A stretch of DNA of 53,213 nucleotides from an uncultured Mycobacteriales bacterium (GTDB lineage: Bacteria > Actinomycetota > Actinomycetes > Mycobacteriales > CADCTP01): NCBI GenBank assembly GCA_902805565.1, contig CADCTP010000412.1, forward strand, positions 1-53,213. The letters run 5' to 3'. A program made the translations under genes and the position numbers. Under the pieces are notes generated by a model. That model was not told the DNA's origin, did no database searches, and saw only the letters and a program-made list of their open reading frames with translations. Shown piece by piece: positions 18,764-27,514 of this stretch (within the stretch, counting starts at the first letter, position 1; each line of letters starts with the position of its first letter).

Positions 18764-19009
18764 ATGACGACGGCACAGGGGGACAGCGACGAGACGGCGG
18801 ACGACACCGACCTGACCGCGGCCGTCCACCAGGTCCTGACCTCGCTCACCCGGGTACGCCGCGGAGCGCCGCCGTCGCCGGAGCAGCTCCGTGACCGGCT
18901 CGAACTGGTCCGCTGGCTCCGCCGGGAGTTGGCCGAGGTCGAAGCACTCCTCGTGGGCCGGACCGGCCGCCCGACGCCCGCGTCCGCACCGCCGACTCCG
19001 GCCCGCTGA
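18764..19009 (+). CDS. hypothetical small protein (81 aa)
   Basis: It has an ATG start, GC-rich third positions and balanced composition (MTTAQGDSDETADDTDL...LELVRWLRRELAEVEALL). It ends 33 nt before the polymerase gene on the same strand. No clear RBS is visible. Confidence 0.45.
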   Translation: MTTAQGDSDETADDTDLTAAVHQVLTSLTRVRRGAPPSPEQLRDRLELVRWLRRELAEVEALLVGRTGRPTPASAPPTPAR

Positions 19010-19041
19010 GCGGAACCGTCAGTGGGACGGCGAATGATGGC

Positions 19042-20730
19042 ATGGTGCGCTGCGTCGTCGTTCCGGAGCAGGACAGCGACGCGGGCTGGGTGCGTGCCCT
19101 CGACGACGCCGGTCAGCCCCTCGGCCCGGTCGAGAAGGTCGACGACCTCGTCCGTGCCGTCGCCGACCGTGAGCGCGCCGACGGACCACGCTGGGTCCTG
19201 CCGGCCGCCGGTGACCTCTACCCGAGGTTGCTCGAGGCCGACGTGGTGCTGCGGCGGTGTGTCGATCTGACCCTCACCGAGGGACTGTTGATCGCGTACG
19301 CCGGTAACTGGGGTGCGCCACGGTCGCTGGCGGCGGCGTGGGCCCGCCTCATGGGTCTGCCCGTTCCCGACGACGCCGCGCCGGCCGCTCGCCAGGCCCA
19401 GCAGGCGCTGTTCGGCGCCCGGGTCACCGAGCTCCCCGGTGGTGCCGCTCCCGTCGACGCGGCCGTCGCCGTGCACGCCGACCAACTCCGGCGGCTGGCG
19501 GCCGTCCCGCAGTCCGGGCTGCACCTGTTGGTCGCGGCCGAGTCCGCCTCCGCTCTGGTCGCCGCCGAGATGACCCGCGCGGGCCTGCCGTGGCGGGTGG
19601 ATGTCCACCATGCCGTGCTGGCGGAACTGCTCGGCCCGCGCCCGCCCGCGGGCCTGCCGCCGCGCCGGCTGACGGAACTGGCCGATCAGGTGGCCGCCGC
19701 GTTCGACGGTCGGCGGGTCAACCCGGACTCCCCGGCCGACGTCGTCCAGGCCTTCACCCGGGCCGGGCTGCCGATCAGCTCCGCCCGCTCGCACGTGCTG
19801 CGCCGTCTCGACCACCCGGCGGTGGCGCCGCTGCTGGAGTACAAGGAGCTGGCCCGGCTCCACGCCGCCAACGGTTGGGCCTGGCTGGAGACCTGGATCC
19901 GCGACGGCCGTTTCCGCCCGGACTGGATCGTCGGGGGAGTGGTCTCCGGTCGCTGGGCCACTCGCGGCGGTGGGGCACTGCAGATCCCGCACGCCGTGCG
20001 CCGGGCCGTCATCGCCGACCCGGGCCACCAACTCATCGTGGCGGACGCAGCGCAGCTGGAACCCCGGATCCTGGCCGCGCTGGCCGGTGACGACCGGATG
20101 GCGGAGGCCGCGGCGGCCACCGACCTCTACTCCGCGCTGGCCGCGGTCGCCTTCGACGGCGACCGGTCTCGGGCGAAGGTCGCGATGCTGGGCACCCTCT
20201 ACGGGGCCACCAGTGGCGATGCCGCTCCGGTGATCGGGGCGCTGCGCCGCCGGTTCCCCGTCGCGGTCGCGTACGTCGAGGCAGCGGCGCGCGACGGGGA
20301 GACCGGCCGTGTCGTCCGCTCCCTCCTCGGCCGGACGTGCCCGCCGCCGTCCCGCGGCTGGCAGGAGGCGCAGGAGCGCGCGTCGCTGCCCGGTGCGAGC
20401 GCCGCCGATCAGTCCAGGGCCCGGCAGACCGCGCGTGACCGCGGCCGCTTCACCCGGAACTTCGTCGTCCAGGCCACCGCGGCGGACTGGACCGCGGTGC
20501 TGCTGGCCGCGCTGCGGCGCCGACTGCTCGCCGGTGTCGCGCCCGGGGCGGAGATCGTCTTCTTCCAGCACGACGAAGTGGTGCTGCACTGCCCGGATGA
20601 GGTCGCGACCGAGGCGGCGGGCGCGGCCCAGGAAGCGGCGCAGGAGGCCACCCGGCTGCTCTTCGGGTCGACGCCGGTGCGCTTCCCCTTCGAGGGCCGC
20701 ATCGTCCGGAACTACGCCGACGCGAAGTGA
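19042..20730 (+). CDS. family A (PolA-like) DNA polymerase with a degenerate 3'-5' exonuclease-like N-terminus
   Basis: 562 aa. Motif A is LIVADAAQLEPRILAALAGD, motif B is RSRAKVAMLGTLYGATSG, and motif C is FFQHDEVVLHCP. There is no 5' nuclease domain. I could not recognise the ExoI DxE motif at the N-terminus. Confidence 0.85.
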   Translation: MVRCVVVPEQDSDAGWVRALDDAGQPLGPVEKVDDLVRAVADRERADGPRWVLPAAGDLYPRLLEADVVLRRCVDLTLTEGLLIAYAGNWGAPRSLAAAWARLMGLPVPDDAAPAARQAQQALFGARVTELPGGAAPVDAAVAVHADQLRRLAAVPQSGLHLLVAAESASALVAAEMTRAGLPWRVDVHHAVLAELLGPRPPAGLPPRRLTELADQVAAAFDGRRVNPDSPADVVQAFTRAGLPISSARSHVLRRLDHPAVAPLLEYKELARLHAANGWAWLETWIRDGRFRPDWIVGGVVSGRWATRGGGALQIPHAVRRAVIADPGHQLIVADAAQLEPRILAALAGDDRMAEAAAATDLYSALAAVAFDGDRSRAKVAMLGTLYGATSGDAAPVIGALRRRFPVAVAYVEAAARDGETGRVVRSLLGRTCPPPSRGWQEAQERASLPGASAADQSRARQTARDRGRFTRNFVVQATAADWTAVLLAALRRRLLAGVAPGAEIVFFQHDEVVLHCPDEVATEAAGAAQEAAQEATRLLFGSTPVRFPFEGRIVRNYADAK

Positions 20731-20875
20731 GGACATCGCCCGACGCGCCGTCCACCACGGACCCGCGGTGAGTCGCCGGGCGGCGGCTCGCCGGCGCGGC
20801 AGTCGGGCGACGGGAGCGGTGGGAGCGGGCACGCGACAGTCGTACGGCAGCCGCGGGAACGTCCGCAAACAGCTG

Positions 20876-20903
20876 TCCACAGGCGGATCCGTCGTCCACA
20901 GAT
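20876..20903 (+). promoter_or_regulatory. 28-bp bipartite motif TCCACAGGC-N8-CGTCCACAGAT (copy 1)
   Basis: It reads tccacaggc ggatccgt cgtccacagat and ends 48 nt upstream of ATG 20952. The same half-sites and spacing recur at 22158-22185. Confidence 0.45.
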
Positions 20904-20951
20904 GTGCTCGTGCGGGTTCCCCGGCCCAGCGGTCCCGAGCACTGTGCCGGC

Positions 20952-21908
20952 ATGAGCATGTCGCGCAGTCCGGAGCAGCGGGCCCGGTTCGTCCGGGCCG
21001 CGGCGACCGACCTGGACACGGCACCGGAGGTGGCCTCGCGGCTGCTGTTCCTGTCCGAGGCCGCCCGCGAGCACGCCGGGTCCGGCGCGCGACCTGCGGA
21101 CGGCGTCCTCCGGGCCCTTCTCGACTGCCTGCTCGACGACGACGTCTGCCGGTACGGATGGTGGGTCGCCGACGAAGGTGAGGCGCTGTGGCGACTGCTG
21201 ATGGGATTGGCCCGGCTTCCTCGGGACGTCGGACCGGCGATCCTGCTGGCGGTGGCGCTGGCCCGGCGGGACGCGGCGGCGGACGCGTTGCAGATTCTGC
21301 TCGAGACCATCCGCGCCGGCGAGTTCCGCCGGCCGGCGATCGAGTGCGCGGCCGAGCTGGCCGAGGACTGCGGTCGACCTGACGTGGCCTGGTCCCTGGT
21401 GGTGCGGCTCGGGTTGGCCCACGCCGACCACGAGTGGGGCGCGTTGCGCTGCGTCCTGGGCTGCTCGGCGCGCCGGCAGTGCGAGCGGTCGCGGCTCGCC
21501 GGCGTCACGCACGCGCGGTGGCTCCGGCACCGCGTCGCCCGGTGGGCGCGGCGGCAGTGGTCCGGCGCCCAGCGGAGCCCGGCCTACCGGCTGGTCCACC
21601 CATACGTGCAGGGACGGCAGCGCTGGGGAGCGATGATCGGTGGCTACCTCGCCGCCCGAGGCACGTCCCTGCCGCCCGGCGAGCGGCAACTGCTCGACGG
21701 CTGGACGCGGGTCGTTCGCCGGGAGGTGACCGTGGTGGCCACCTCACGGTGGGAGACCGTGCTCAGCGACGCGGACTCCCGCTGGACCGCCGGCTGGGAG
21801 GCGGCGTCGACGGTCGGGCCGGGGACGCGGATCAGCTGCTGGCTGCTGCCCACGCTCCGTCCCGGCGAGTGGCTGGCCGCCCGATCGATCGACGTGCCGA
21901 CGTGGTGA
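20952..21908 (+). CDS. hypothetical protein (Trp/Cys/Arg-rich, no recognised domain)
   Basis: This 318-aa ORF starts at ATG 20952 (MSMSRSPEQRARF...). The composition is realistic, with more rare codons (gga, ttg, cga, cct, att) than neighbouring genes. Track ORF start 20904 abuts the motif and is less likely. Confidence 0.6.
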   Translation: MSMSRSPEQRARFVRAAATDLDTAPEVASRLLFLSEAAREHAGSGARPADGVLRALLDCLLDDDVCRYGWWVADEGEALWRLLMGLARLPRDVGPAILLAVALARRDAAADALQILLETIRAGEFRRPAIECAAELAEDCGRPDVAWSLVVRLGLAHADHEWGALRCVLGCSARRQCERSRLAGVTHARWLRHRVARWARRQWSGAQRSPAYRLVHPYVQGRQRWGAMIGGYLAARGTSLPPGERQLLDGWTRVVRREVTVVATSRWETVLSDADSRWTAGWEAASTVGPGTRISCWLLPTLRPGEWLAARSIDVPTW

Positions 21909-21922
21909 GCGACCGGAGGCGC

Positions 21923-22075
21923 TCAGCCGGCGGGCGAATCCTCGATGGCGGCAGGGGGCTCCTCGACGTCCTCGTCGCCCTCCAGCCGGCGGTACTGGTT
22001 GATCTCCTCCTGCGTCGGGTCGACCCCGACCTCCTCGGCGAACTCCTCGGCCGCGTCCGTGTCCGGGCTGGTCAT
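21923..22075 (-). CDS. small acidic protein (50 aa)
   Basis: The ATG at 22075 is preceded by a strong RBS (cgacGGAAGGAGAcaccATG). The product is MTSPDTDAAEEFAEEVGVDPTQEEINQYRRLEGDEDVEEPPAAIEDSPAG. The rest of track ORF 21923..22732 is shadow. Confidence 0.6.
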   Translation of the reverse strand: MTSPDTDAAEEFAEEVGVDPTQEEINQYRRLEGDEDVEEPPAAIEDSPAG

Positions 22076-22157
22076 GGTGTCTCCTTCCGTCGTCGGCCCG
22101 GTGCCCCTACCCGAGCGGTACCCCCGGACACCTCCTGCCGACCTTGTCGAACGACCA

Positions 22158-22185
22158 TCCACAGGCTCGGTCGCCGTCCACAGAT
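22158..22185 (+). promoter_or_regulatory. 28-bp bipartite motif TCCACAGGC-N8-CGTCCACAGAT (copy 2)
   Basis: It reads tccacaggc tcggtcgc cgtccacagat and ends 49 nt upstream of ATG 22235. It lies in the divergent region between the small acidic protein gene and the DUF4192-like gene. Confidence 0.45.
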
Positions 22186-22234
22186 CACGTCCGGGGCATG
22201 GCGACCGAGGGGCCCTGCGCGGCACGGTCGACCC

Positions 22235-22828
22235 ATGACGACGCGAGCCACTCACCGTTCCGAGGTCCGCCCGACCGGCGCCGTTCCGCCGCCGCGCGCC
22301 GGTCTTCCCCGGACCGAGGTGCCGAATCTCGGCATGCCGCCGGGATGGGTGGCGGCGGCCCTGGAGCGAGCGGAGTTGCACTTCGTCACGCGGGTGGTCC
22401 GCGACGGCGGCATTGGACCGTGGCGCGAGCAGGTGACGGCGCGGTTCGGCGCCGCCCGTTCGGCCGTGGCCGGATCGGGACTGTCCCGGACCGACACGGC
22501 CGGGCTCCTCGTCGCCCTGGTGGACCGGGTCGTCCGGGACCGGTGCTGGCTGCGGGTCGAGCAGGACCGCCATCCCGACTGGGTCGGGCTGTGGCGGCAC
22601 CTGGCCGAGCACGCCGAGCCGCCCTACCGGGCGGAGCCGCTGTTCCTGCTCGCCTGGAGCGCGTGGCGGACCGGTGACGCCGCCTTGGCGCGAGGCGCAG
22701 TCGACGCCGTGCGGTCCGCGGACGGCACCCACCGACCGGCCGCGATGCTCGACACGATGCTGGCCGCCCGGCTGCGGCCCGGCGACCTGCCGTCCCTGGC
22801 CGACCGCACCTCCGACGGACCGTCGTGA
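22235..22828 (+). CDS. DUF4192-like protein (only the C-terminal half of the family is recognisable)
   Basis: The C-terminus AEPPYRAEPLFLLAWSAWRTGDAALARGAVDAVRSADGTHRPAAMLDTMLAARLRPGDL matches the conserved DUF4192 C-terminal pattern. The usual N-terminal half is absent. The start (ATG 22235, alternative about 22333) is uncertain. It may be a truncated remnant. Confidence 0.45.
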   Translation: MTTRATHRSEVRPTGAVPPPRAGLPRTEVPNLGMPPGWVAAALERAELHFVTRVVRDGGIGPWREQVTARFGAARSAVAGSGLSRTDTAGLLVALVDRVVRDRCWLRVEQDRHPDWVGLWRHLAEHAEPPYRAEPLFLLAWSAWRTGDAALARGAVDAVRSADGTHRPAAMLDTMLAARLRPGDLPSLADRTSDGPS

Positions 22829-22905
22829 CCCGCCGGACAGGCGGGCTGCGGGCCGCTCTCAGGTCGCTTCTCGGCCGGCTGGTGCGCCGGTTCCCCGAGC
22901 CGGAC

Positions 22906-24381
22906 TCAGAGCGGCCGGGCTCCCGGGCGGACCGGCGCCGGCAGCTCCGTGCGGCCGGTGAGCGCCGTGTCCACAGCGGCGGCGCAGGCCCGGCCCTCGG
23001 CGATCGCCCACACCACGAGGCTGGCACCGCGGGTGGCGTCGCCGCAGGCGTAGACACCCTCGGCGCTCGTCTCCCAGCTGCCGCGCAACCGGAGGGAACC
23101 GCGTTCCGGATCCACCTGGACACCGAGCCGGTCCAGCAAAGAGCCTCGCTCGGTGCCGAGGAAGCCCGCGGCGACGAGCAGCAGGTCGCACGGGATCTCG
23201 GTCCGGCTGTTCGGCACCGGACGGAACTCCCGTCGCCCGTCGACGCGGACGGTCTGCACCTCCTCGACGAGGACGGCGCGGATGTGGCCCGCGTCGTCGC
23301 CGAGGAAGGCGACGGCCTCCCGGGCCCACGACTCGATGACGCCCTCCTCGTGGGCGGCCGACGTGCGGTGGACCTTGGGCCACTGCGGCCACGGGTTCGC
23401 GGTGATGTCCCGGGCCGCCGGCGGGCGCGGGTTGTGGTCCAGCTGCGTGACGTCCAGCGCGCCCTGCCGGTTCGCGGTGCCGAGACAGTCCGCCGCGGTG
23501 TCGCCGCCACCGATGATCACGACGTGCTTGCCGGCGGCGTCGATCGGTGGGGTGGTCAGGTCGCCGGTCCGAACCCGGTTGGCCTGCGGCAGGTAATCCA
23601 TGGCCTGGTGGACGCCGTCGAGGTCCCGGCCCGGGACCTCGAGGTCGCGGGGGTCGAGCGCCCCGGTGGCCAGGACCACGGCGTCGACGCCGGCCCGCAG
23701 CTCCACCGGGTCGGGACCGCCCTCGCCACCGATGTCGACGCCGGCGCGCAACTCGATGCCCTCCTCGACGAGCTGGGCGAGCCGCTTGTCGATCAGCTCC
23801 TTGGGCATCTTGAAGTCCGGGATGCCGTAGCGCAGCAGCCCACCGAGCCGGTCGGACCGCTCGTACACCGTGACGTGGTGGCCGACCCGGGTCAGCTGCT
23901 GGGCGCAGGCCAGGCCGGCCGGCCCCGAGCCGATGACCGCGATCCGCTTGCCGGTGCTCTCCGCGGGACGGCGGCCGCCGACCCAGCCCTCGTCCCAGGC
24001 CCGGTCGATGATCGCCAGCTCGACCTGCTTGATCGCGACCGGCTCGGCGTTGATCGCGAGGACGCAGGACGCCTCGCACGGCGCCGGGCACAGCCAGCCG
24101 GTGAACTCGGGGAAGTTGTTCGTCGCGTGCAGGCGCTCGATGGCCTCACGCCAGTCGTCCTCGGCGACGAGCTCGTTCCACTCCGGGATGAGGTTGCCCA
24201 GCGGGCAGCCGGCGTGGCAGAACGCCACGCCGCAGTCCATGCACCGGCTGGCCTGGACCTTGACGTCCCCCGGAGCCGGCCGGCCGTAGACCGGGTCCCA
24301 GTCGAGGAGCCGTTCGGCGACGGGACGCTTCGGCGCCTCGGCACGGGCGAGACGCAGAAATCCCCAGGGGTTGGCGACCAT
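22906..24381 (-). CDS. gltD: glutamate synthase small (beta) subunit-like NADPH oxidoreductase
   Basis: 491 aa. Fe-S Cys clusters are ASRCMDCGVAFCHAGCPLGN and CPAPCEASC. The dinucleotide folds are IAVIGSGPAGLACAQQL and VVIIGGGDTAADC. No gltB is adjacent. Confidence 0.85.
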   Translation of the reverse strand: MVANPWGFLRLARAEAPKRPVAERLLDWDPVYGRPAPGDVKVQASRCMDCGVAFCHAGCPLGNLIPEWNELVAEDDWREAIERLHATNNFPEFTGWLCPAPCEASCVLAINAEPVAIKQVELAIIDRAWDEGWVGGRRPAESTGKRIAVIGSGPAGLACAQQLTRVGHHVTVYERSDRLGGLLRYGIPDFKMPKELIDKRLAQLVEEGIELRAGVDIGGEGGPDPVELRAGVDAVVLATGALDPRDLEVPGRDLDGVHQAMDYLPQANRVRTGDLTTPPIDAAGKHVVIIGGGDTAADCLGTANRQGALDVTQLDHNPRPPAARDITANPWPQWPKVHRTSAAHEEGVIESWAREAVAFLGDDAGHIRAVLVEEVQTVRVDGRREFRPVPNSRTEIPCDLLLVAAGFLGTERGSLLDRLGVQVDPERGSLRLRGSWETSAEGVYACGDATRGASLVVWAIAEGRACAAAVDTALTGRTELPAPVRPGARPL

Positions 24382-24480
24382 GTTTCAGCTCCCGAGGTCT
24401 GGAGTCGACTCACTGACAGGAGCGAGACGACGCCGGCTCGCGAGATCACCCCGATGTTACCGGCAGGGAACCTGCGGCGA

Positions 24481-26583
24481 TCAGAGCAGGTCGGGGCGCC
24501 GCCAGGGCTGGTCGAGGAGATGCTCGGCAAGGAACGCCCCGATCGTCTCGTACCAGACCTTGGCGTTGCCGGGGGCGAGGATCCAGTGGTTCTCGTCCGG
24601 GAAGTACAGGAACTTCGCCGGCACCGAGAACCGCCCGAGGTCGTTCCAGAGCCGCAGCGCCTCGCCGATCGGGACCCGGTAGTCGCGGTCACCGTGGATC
24701 ACCAGCATCGGCGTGCGGATGTCCTGCACGCGAAGGTGCGGCGAGTTCTCCAGGTAGCGCTCGGGCTTGTCGAACGGGTCGCCGAACTCGCGGTGCCAGA
24801 ACGATGGCTCGTCCGTCGTACCCGCGAACGCGTCCAGGTGCCAGAGGCTGGCGTGGGTCACGATCGCCCGGAAGCGGTCGGTCTGCGTCGCGATCCAGTT
24901 GGCCATGTAGCCCCCGAAGGAGCCGCCCATCGCCGCCGTCCTGGTCCCGTCGATCTCCGGACGTTCCAGCGTGGCGTCCGTCACCGTCATCAGATCGGTG
25001 AACGGACGGCCACCCCAGGCACCCCAGCCCCGCTGCAGGAACTGGTCGCCGTAGCCGGTGGACAGCGCCGGGTCCGGCAACAGCACGGCGTAGCCCCGGG
25101 CCGCCATCAGCCACGGGTTCCAACGCCAGGACCAGGCGTTCCAGCTGCTCAGCGGGCCGCCGTGGACCCACAGCAGCAGCGGCGCGGGCGCCTGCGCGGA
25201 CGCGCCGACCGGCAGCACCAGCCAGGCGCGCAGCGGCGTGCCATCCTCCGCCGTGGCCGTGACCTCTGTCAGCGTGCCCGGCAGCGGGACGTCGTCCTGC
25301 GGGCCGAGCAGGAAGACCGGGTCCTGGTCGGCGGTCCCCGGGTCGAGCCGGACCGGACGCGCCGGGGAGTCGACGGCGGAGCGCAACGCGTACAGGGCGG
25401 TGCCGTCCGGGCTGAGGACGAGGTCGGTGTACGCGCCGGCGGCGGTCAGTCGCAGCACCGCGCCGGTGGACAGGTCGAGCCGGAAGATCGGGGCGCGCCC
25501 GTTCTCGTCGGCGGCGAAGTAGAGGACGGTCCCGTCGGGGGAGAAGATCGGCTGGCCGGGCCACAGCGATGTGCCGGGCAGCAGGTCGTCGGCCTCGCCG
25601 GTGCCGAGGTCGATCATGACCAGCGTGCGGTGCGGCACGGTGTTCCAGTCGCCGAACGTCTCGCGCACACAGGCCAGCCGGCGGCTGTCCGGGGCGAACG
25701 ACGGGTCGAACAGCATGTGGCCCTGGTCGCCGACGATCCGTCGGTCGCCGCTGGCGGTGTCGATGAGGGCCAGGGCGATGCGGTTGACGGCGCGGCCCTC
25801 GCTCACGCGCCAGCCGGCGGCGACGGTGCCGCCGTCCGGAGAGACCGCGAGGCCCTCGAGGACCCGCCCGCCGGCGTCCGGGGTGACGTCCCGGACCTCG
25901 GTGAGCCGGCCGTCGCCGATCGGCACCGTGCCGCCGAGGAGCACGTGCGACTCGGCCGGTCCGAGGTCGTGGTCCCAGAACCTGATGGGGTGCCCCTCGT
26001 GCAGGATCGCGGTGACGCCCGCGTCCTTGCGGGAGCGGCGGCGCTCCTCGTCCTCCTCCACCGCGGTCGTGCCCGGCAGCGCCGACGCCGTGAACACGAC
26101 GTCGCCCGAGTCGCGGGCCACCGCCACGGCATCGATGTCGCCGGCGCGGCGGGCCACCTGGCGCGCCTCGCCCGCTTCCGGGAGCAGCCACAGGGTGGTG
26201 CGGTCCTCGCTGTCGTCCGCCGGCTTGGCCTGGGCGTCCGGTCGACGCGAGGCGAACAGCAGCCGGCCGTCCGGCAGGAACGCCGGCTGGGTCTCGCCGG
26301 GTGCCGACCGGGTCAGCCGGCGCGCGTCGCGTTGGCCGCGCGGATCGATCGCCCACAGCGACGTCGAGTAGCGCTTCCGGTCCGGCGACAGTTCCGCGAC
26401 CGTGGTCACCAGCCGGATGCCGTCCGGCGACATCGCGAGGCCGCCGAGCCGCCGTAGCGCGACGAACTCGCTCAGGTCGTCGAACGGAGTGCCGCCATGC
26501 CGGGATCCCGTTGCCTCGTCCCCCGCACCGGTCGCGGCGGCGCTGGGCTGCTGTTCACGGTGCGCTGGGTCCTGTTCCGCCAT
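24481..26583 (-). CDS. S9 family peptidase (prolyl oligopeptidase / acylaminoacyl-peptidase-like)
   Basis: The gene starts at ATG 26583 (MAEQDPAH...) and is 700 aa. The N-terminal region looks like a beta-propeller. The catalytic motifs are Ser GGSFGGY, Asp HGDRDYRVP and His ENHWI. Confidence 0.85.
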   Translation of the reverse strand: MAEQDPAHREQQPSAAATGAGDEATGSRHGGTPFDDLSEFVALRRLGGLAMSPDGIRLVTTVAELSPDRKRYSTSLWAIDPRGQRDARRLTRSAPGETQPAFLPDGRLLFASRRPDAQAKPADDSEDRTTLWLLPEAGEARQVARRAGDIDAVAVARDSGDVVFTASALPGTTAVEEDEERRRSRKDAGVTAILHEGHPIRFWDHDLGPAESHVLLGGTVPIGDGRLTEVRDVTPDAGGRVLEGLAVSPDGGTVAAGWRVSEGRAVNRIALALIDTASGDRRIVGDQGHMLFDPSFAPDSRRLACVRETFGDWNTVPHRTLVMIDLGTGEADDLLPGTSLWPGQPIFSPDGTVLYFAADENGRAPIFRLDLSTGAVLRLTAAGAYTDLVLSPDGTALYALRSAVDSPARPVRLDPGTADQDPVFLLGPQDDVPLPGTLTEVTATAEDGTPLRAWLVLPVGASAQAPAPLLLWVHGGPLSSWNAWSWRWNPWLMAARGYAVLLPDPALSTGYGDQFLQRGWGAWGGRPFTDLMTVTDATLERPEIDGTRTAAMGGSFGGYMANWIATQTDRFRAIVTHASLWHLDAFAGTTDEPSFWHREFGDPFDKPERYLENSPHLRVQDIRTPMLVIHGDRDYRVPIGEALRLWNDLGRFSVPAKFLYFPDENHWILAPGNAKVWYETIGAFLAEHLLDQPWRRPDLL

Positions 26584-26911
26584 GCTGCTACCCCTTCTGC
26601 CACGACGTCGGATCTCGACCCTAACCGGGTCGCAGTGTCGACGCCTCCGGCCGTCCCCGGCCCCGCGGTCGGCCGGGTCCAGGGGCTGGCGGTGGTCCGC
26701 CTGTAACGGCAAGGTGTACGGGCACCAGCGTGCTGCGAGGGATGGAGCTGATGGAACACCGACGACAGCTGGGCCCGGCTGCCGGCGTGTCCGTCGGGAC
26801 CCGCTCAGGGCCGGCTGCCCGGCCGGTCCGTACGGCACACCGCTCGACCGCTGCGTCGATGAACCCTGCCCGGACAGCCGCCGGCGGTGCCGCGGTCGCG
26901 GGGGGACGCCG

Positions 26912-27514
26912 GTGACCGGGATCGCGGACCTGCCCGAGGACCAGCGGCTGCTGGCCGAGCGGTTCCGGGGCGGGGACGAAACCTCTTTGCGGGAGTTGTA
27001 CGAACGCTACGGCGGGCTGGTGCACCGGCTCGGCCTGTCCTGTCTGGGTGCACACCATGAGGCGGAGGACGTGACCCAAGCCACGTTCGTCGCCGCCTGG
27101 CGGGGGCGGGAGACCTACGACCCGGCGCGCGGCACGCTCGCCGGGTGGCTGCTGGGCATCGCCCGGCGGCAGGTCGTCGACCGGCTGCGGGTGCTGCGAC
27201 GGGAAGAAGGAGCGGCCGCCGCTGCCGTTCGGGAGGCTGGAGTCGGATACTCGGAAGAGCCCGTACCCGAGAGGGTGCTCGACCGGTTGGTCGTCGCGGA
27301 CGAACTGCGGCAGCTGACCGACGAGCAGCGGCGGGTGGTGGAGCTGGCGTTCTTCGACGATCTGACGCACGTGCAGATCGCCGGGGTCACCGGCCTGCCG
27401 CTGGGAACGGTCAAGAGTCACCTGCGCCGGGGACTGGCGCGGCTGAGGACGCGATGGGAGGTGGACGGTGCAGCACGTGGATCCAGACCAGCTGACGCTT
27501 CTGGCCCTCGGTGA
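26912..27514 (+). CDS. ECF-type RNA polymerase sigma factor
   Basis: The gene starts at GTG 26912. Region 2 is LYERYGGLVHRLGLSCLG...AEDVTQATFVAAW. Region 4 is LTDEQRRVVELAFFDDLTHVQIAGVTGLPLGTVKSHLRRG. The upstream part of track ORF 26402..27514 is antisense shadow of the S9 peptidase. Confidence 0.8.
   Translation: MTGIADLPEDQRLLAERFRGGDETSLRELYERYGGLVHRLGLSCLGAHHEAEDVTQATFVAAWRGRETYDPARGTLAGWLLGIARRQVVDRLRVLRREEGAAAAAVREAGVGYSEEPVPERVLDRLVVADELRQLTDEQRRVVELAFFDDLTHVQIAGVTGLPLGTVKSHLRRGLARLRTRWEVDGAARGSRPADASGPR

Noticed and set aside
18764-22828. Calling this block a mobile element
   Set aside because: No integrase, recombinase, transposase, relaxase, flanking direct repeats or tRNA target is visible. 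Only circumstantial content supports the idea (an extra polymerase, a DUF4192 fragment, rarer codons). It is reported as a finding, not as a mobile_element feature.
22825-26457. A 1210-aa ORF on the + strand spanning the gltD and S9 peptidase region
   Set aside because: It is antisense to two genes with clear catalytic motifs. Its translation is monotonous Arg/Gly/Pro/Ala/Val with no recognisable domain, which is typical high-GC shadow. The same reasoning rejects 870-2498 (+), 140-1084 (+), 10434-12332 (-), 18511-21024 (-) and 7212-8180 (-).
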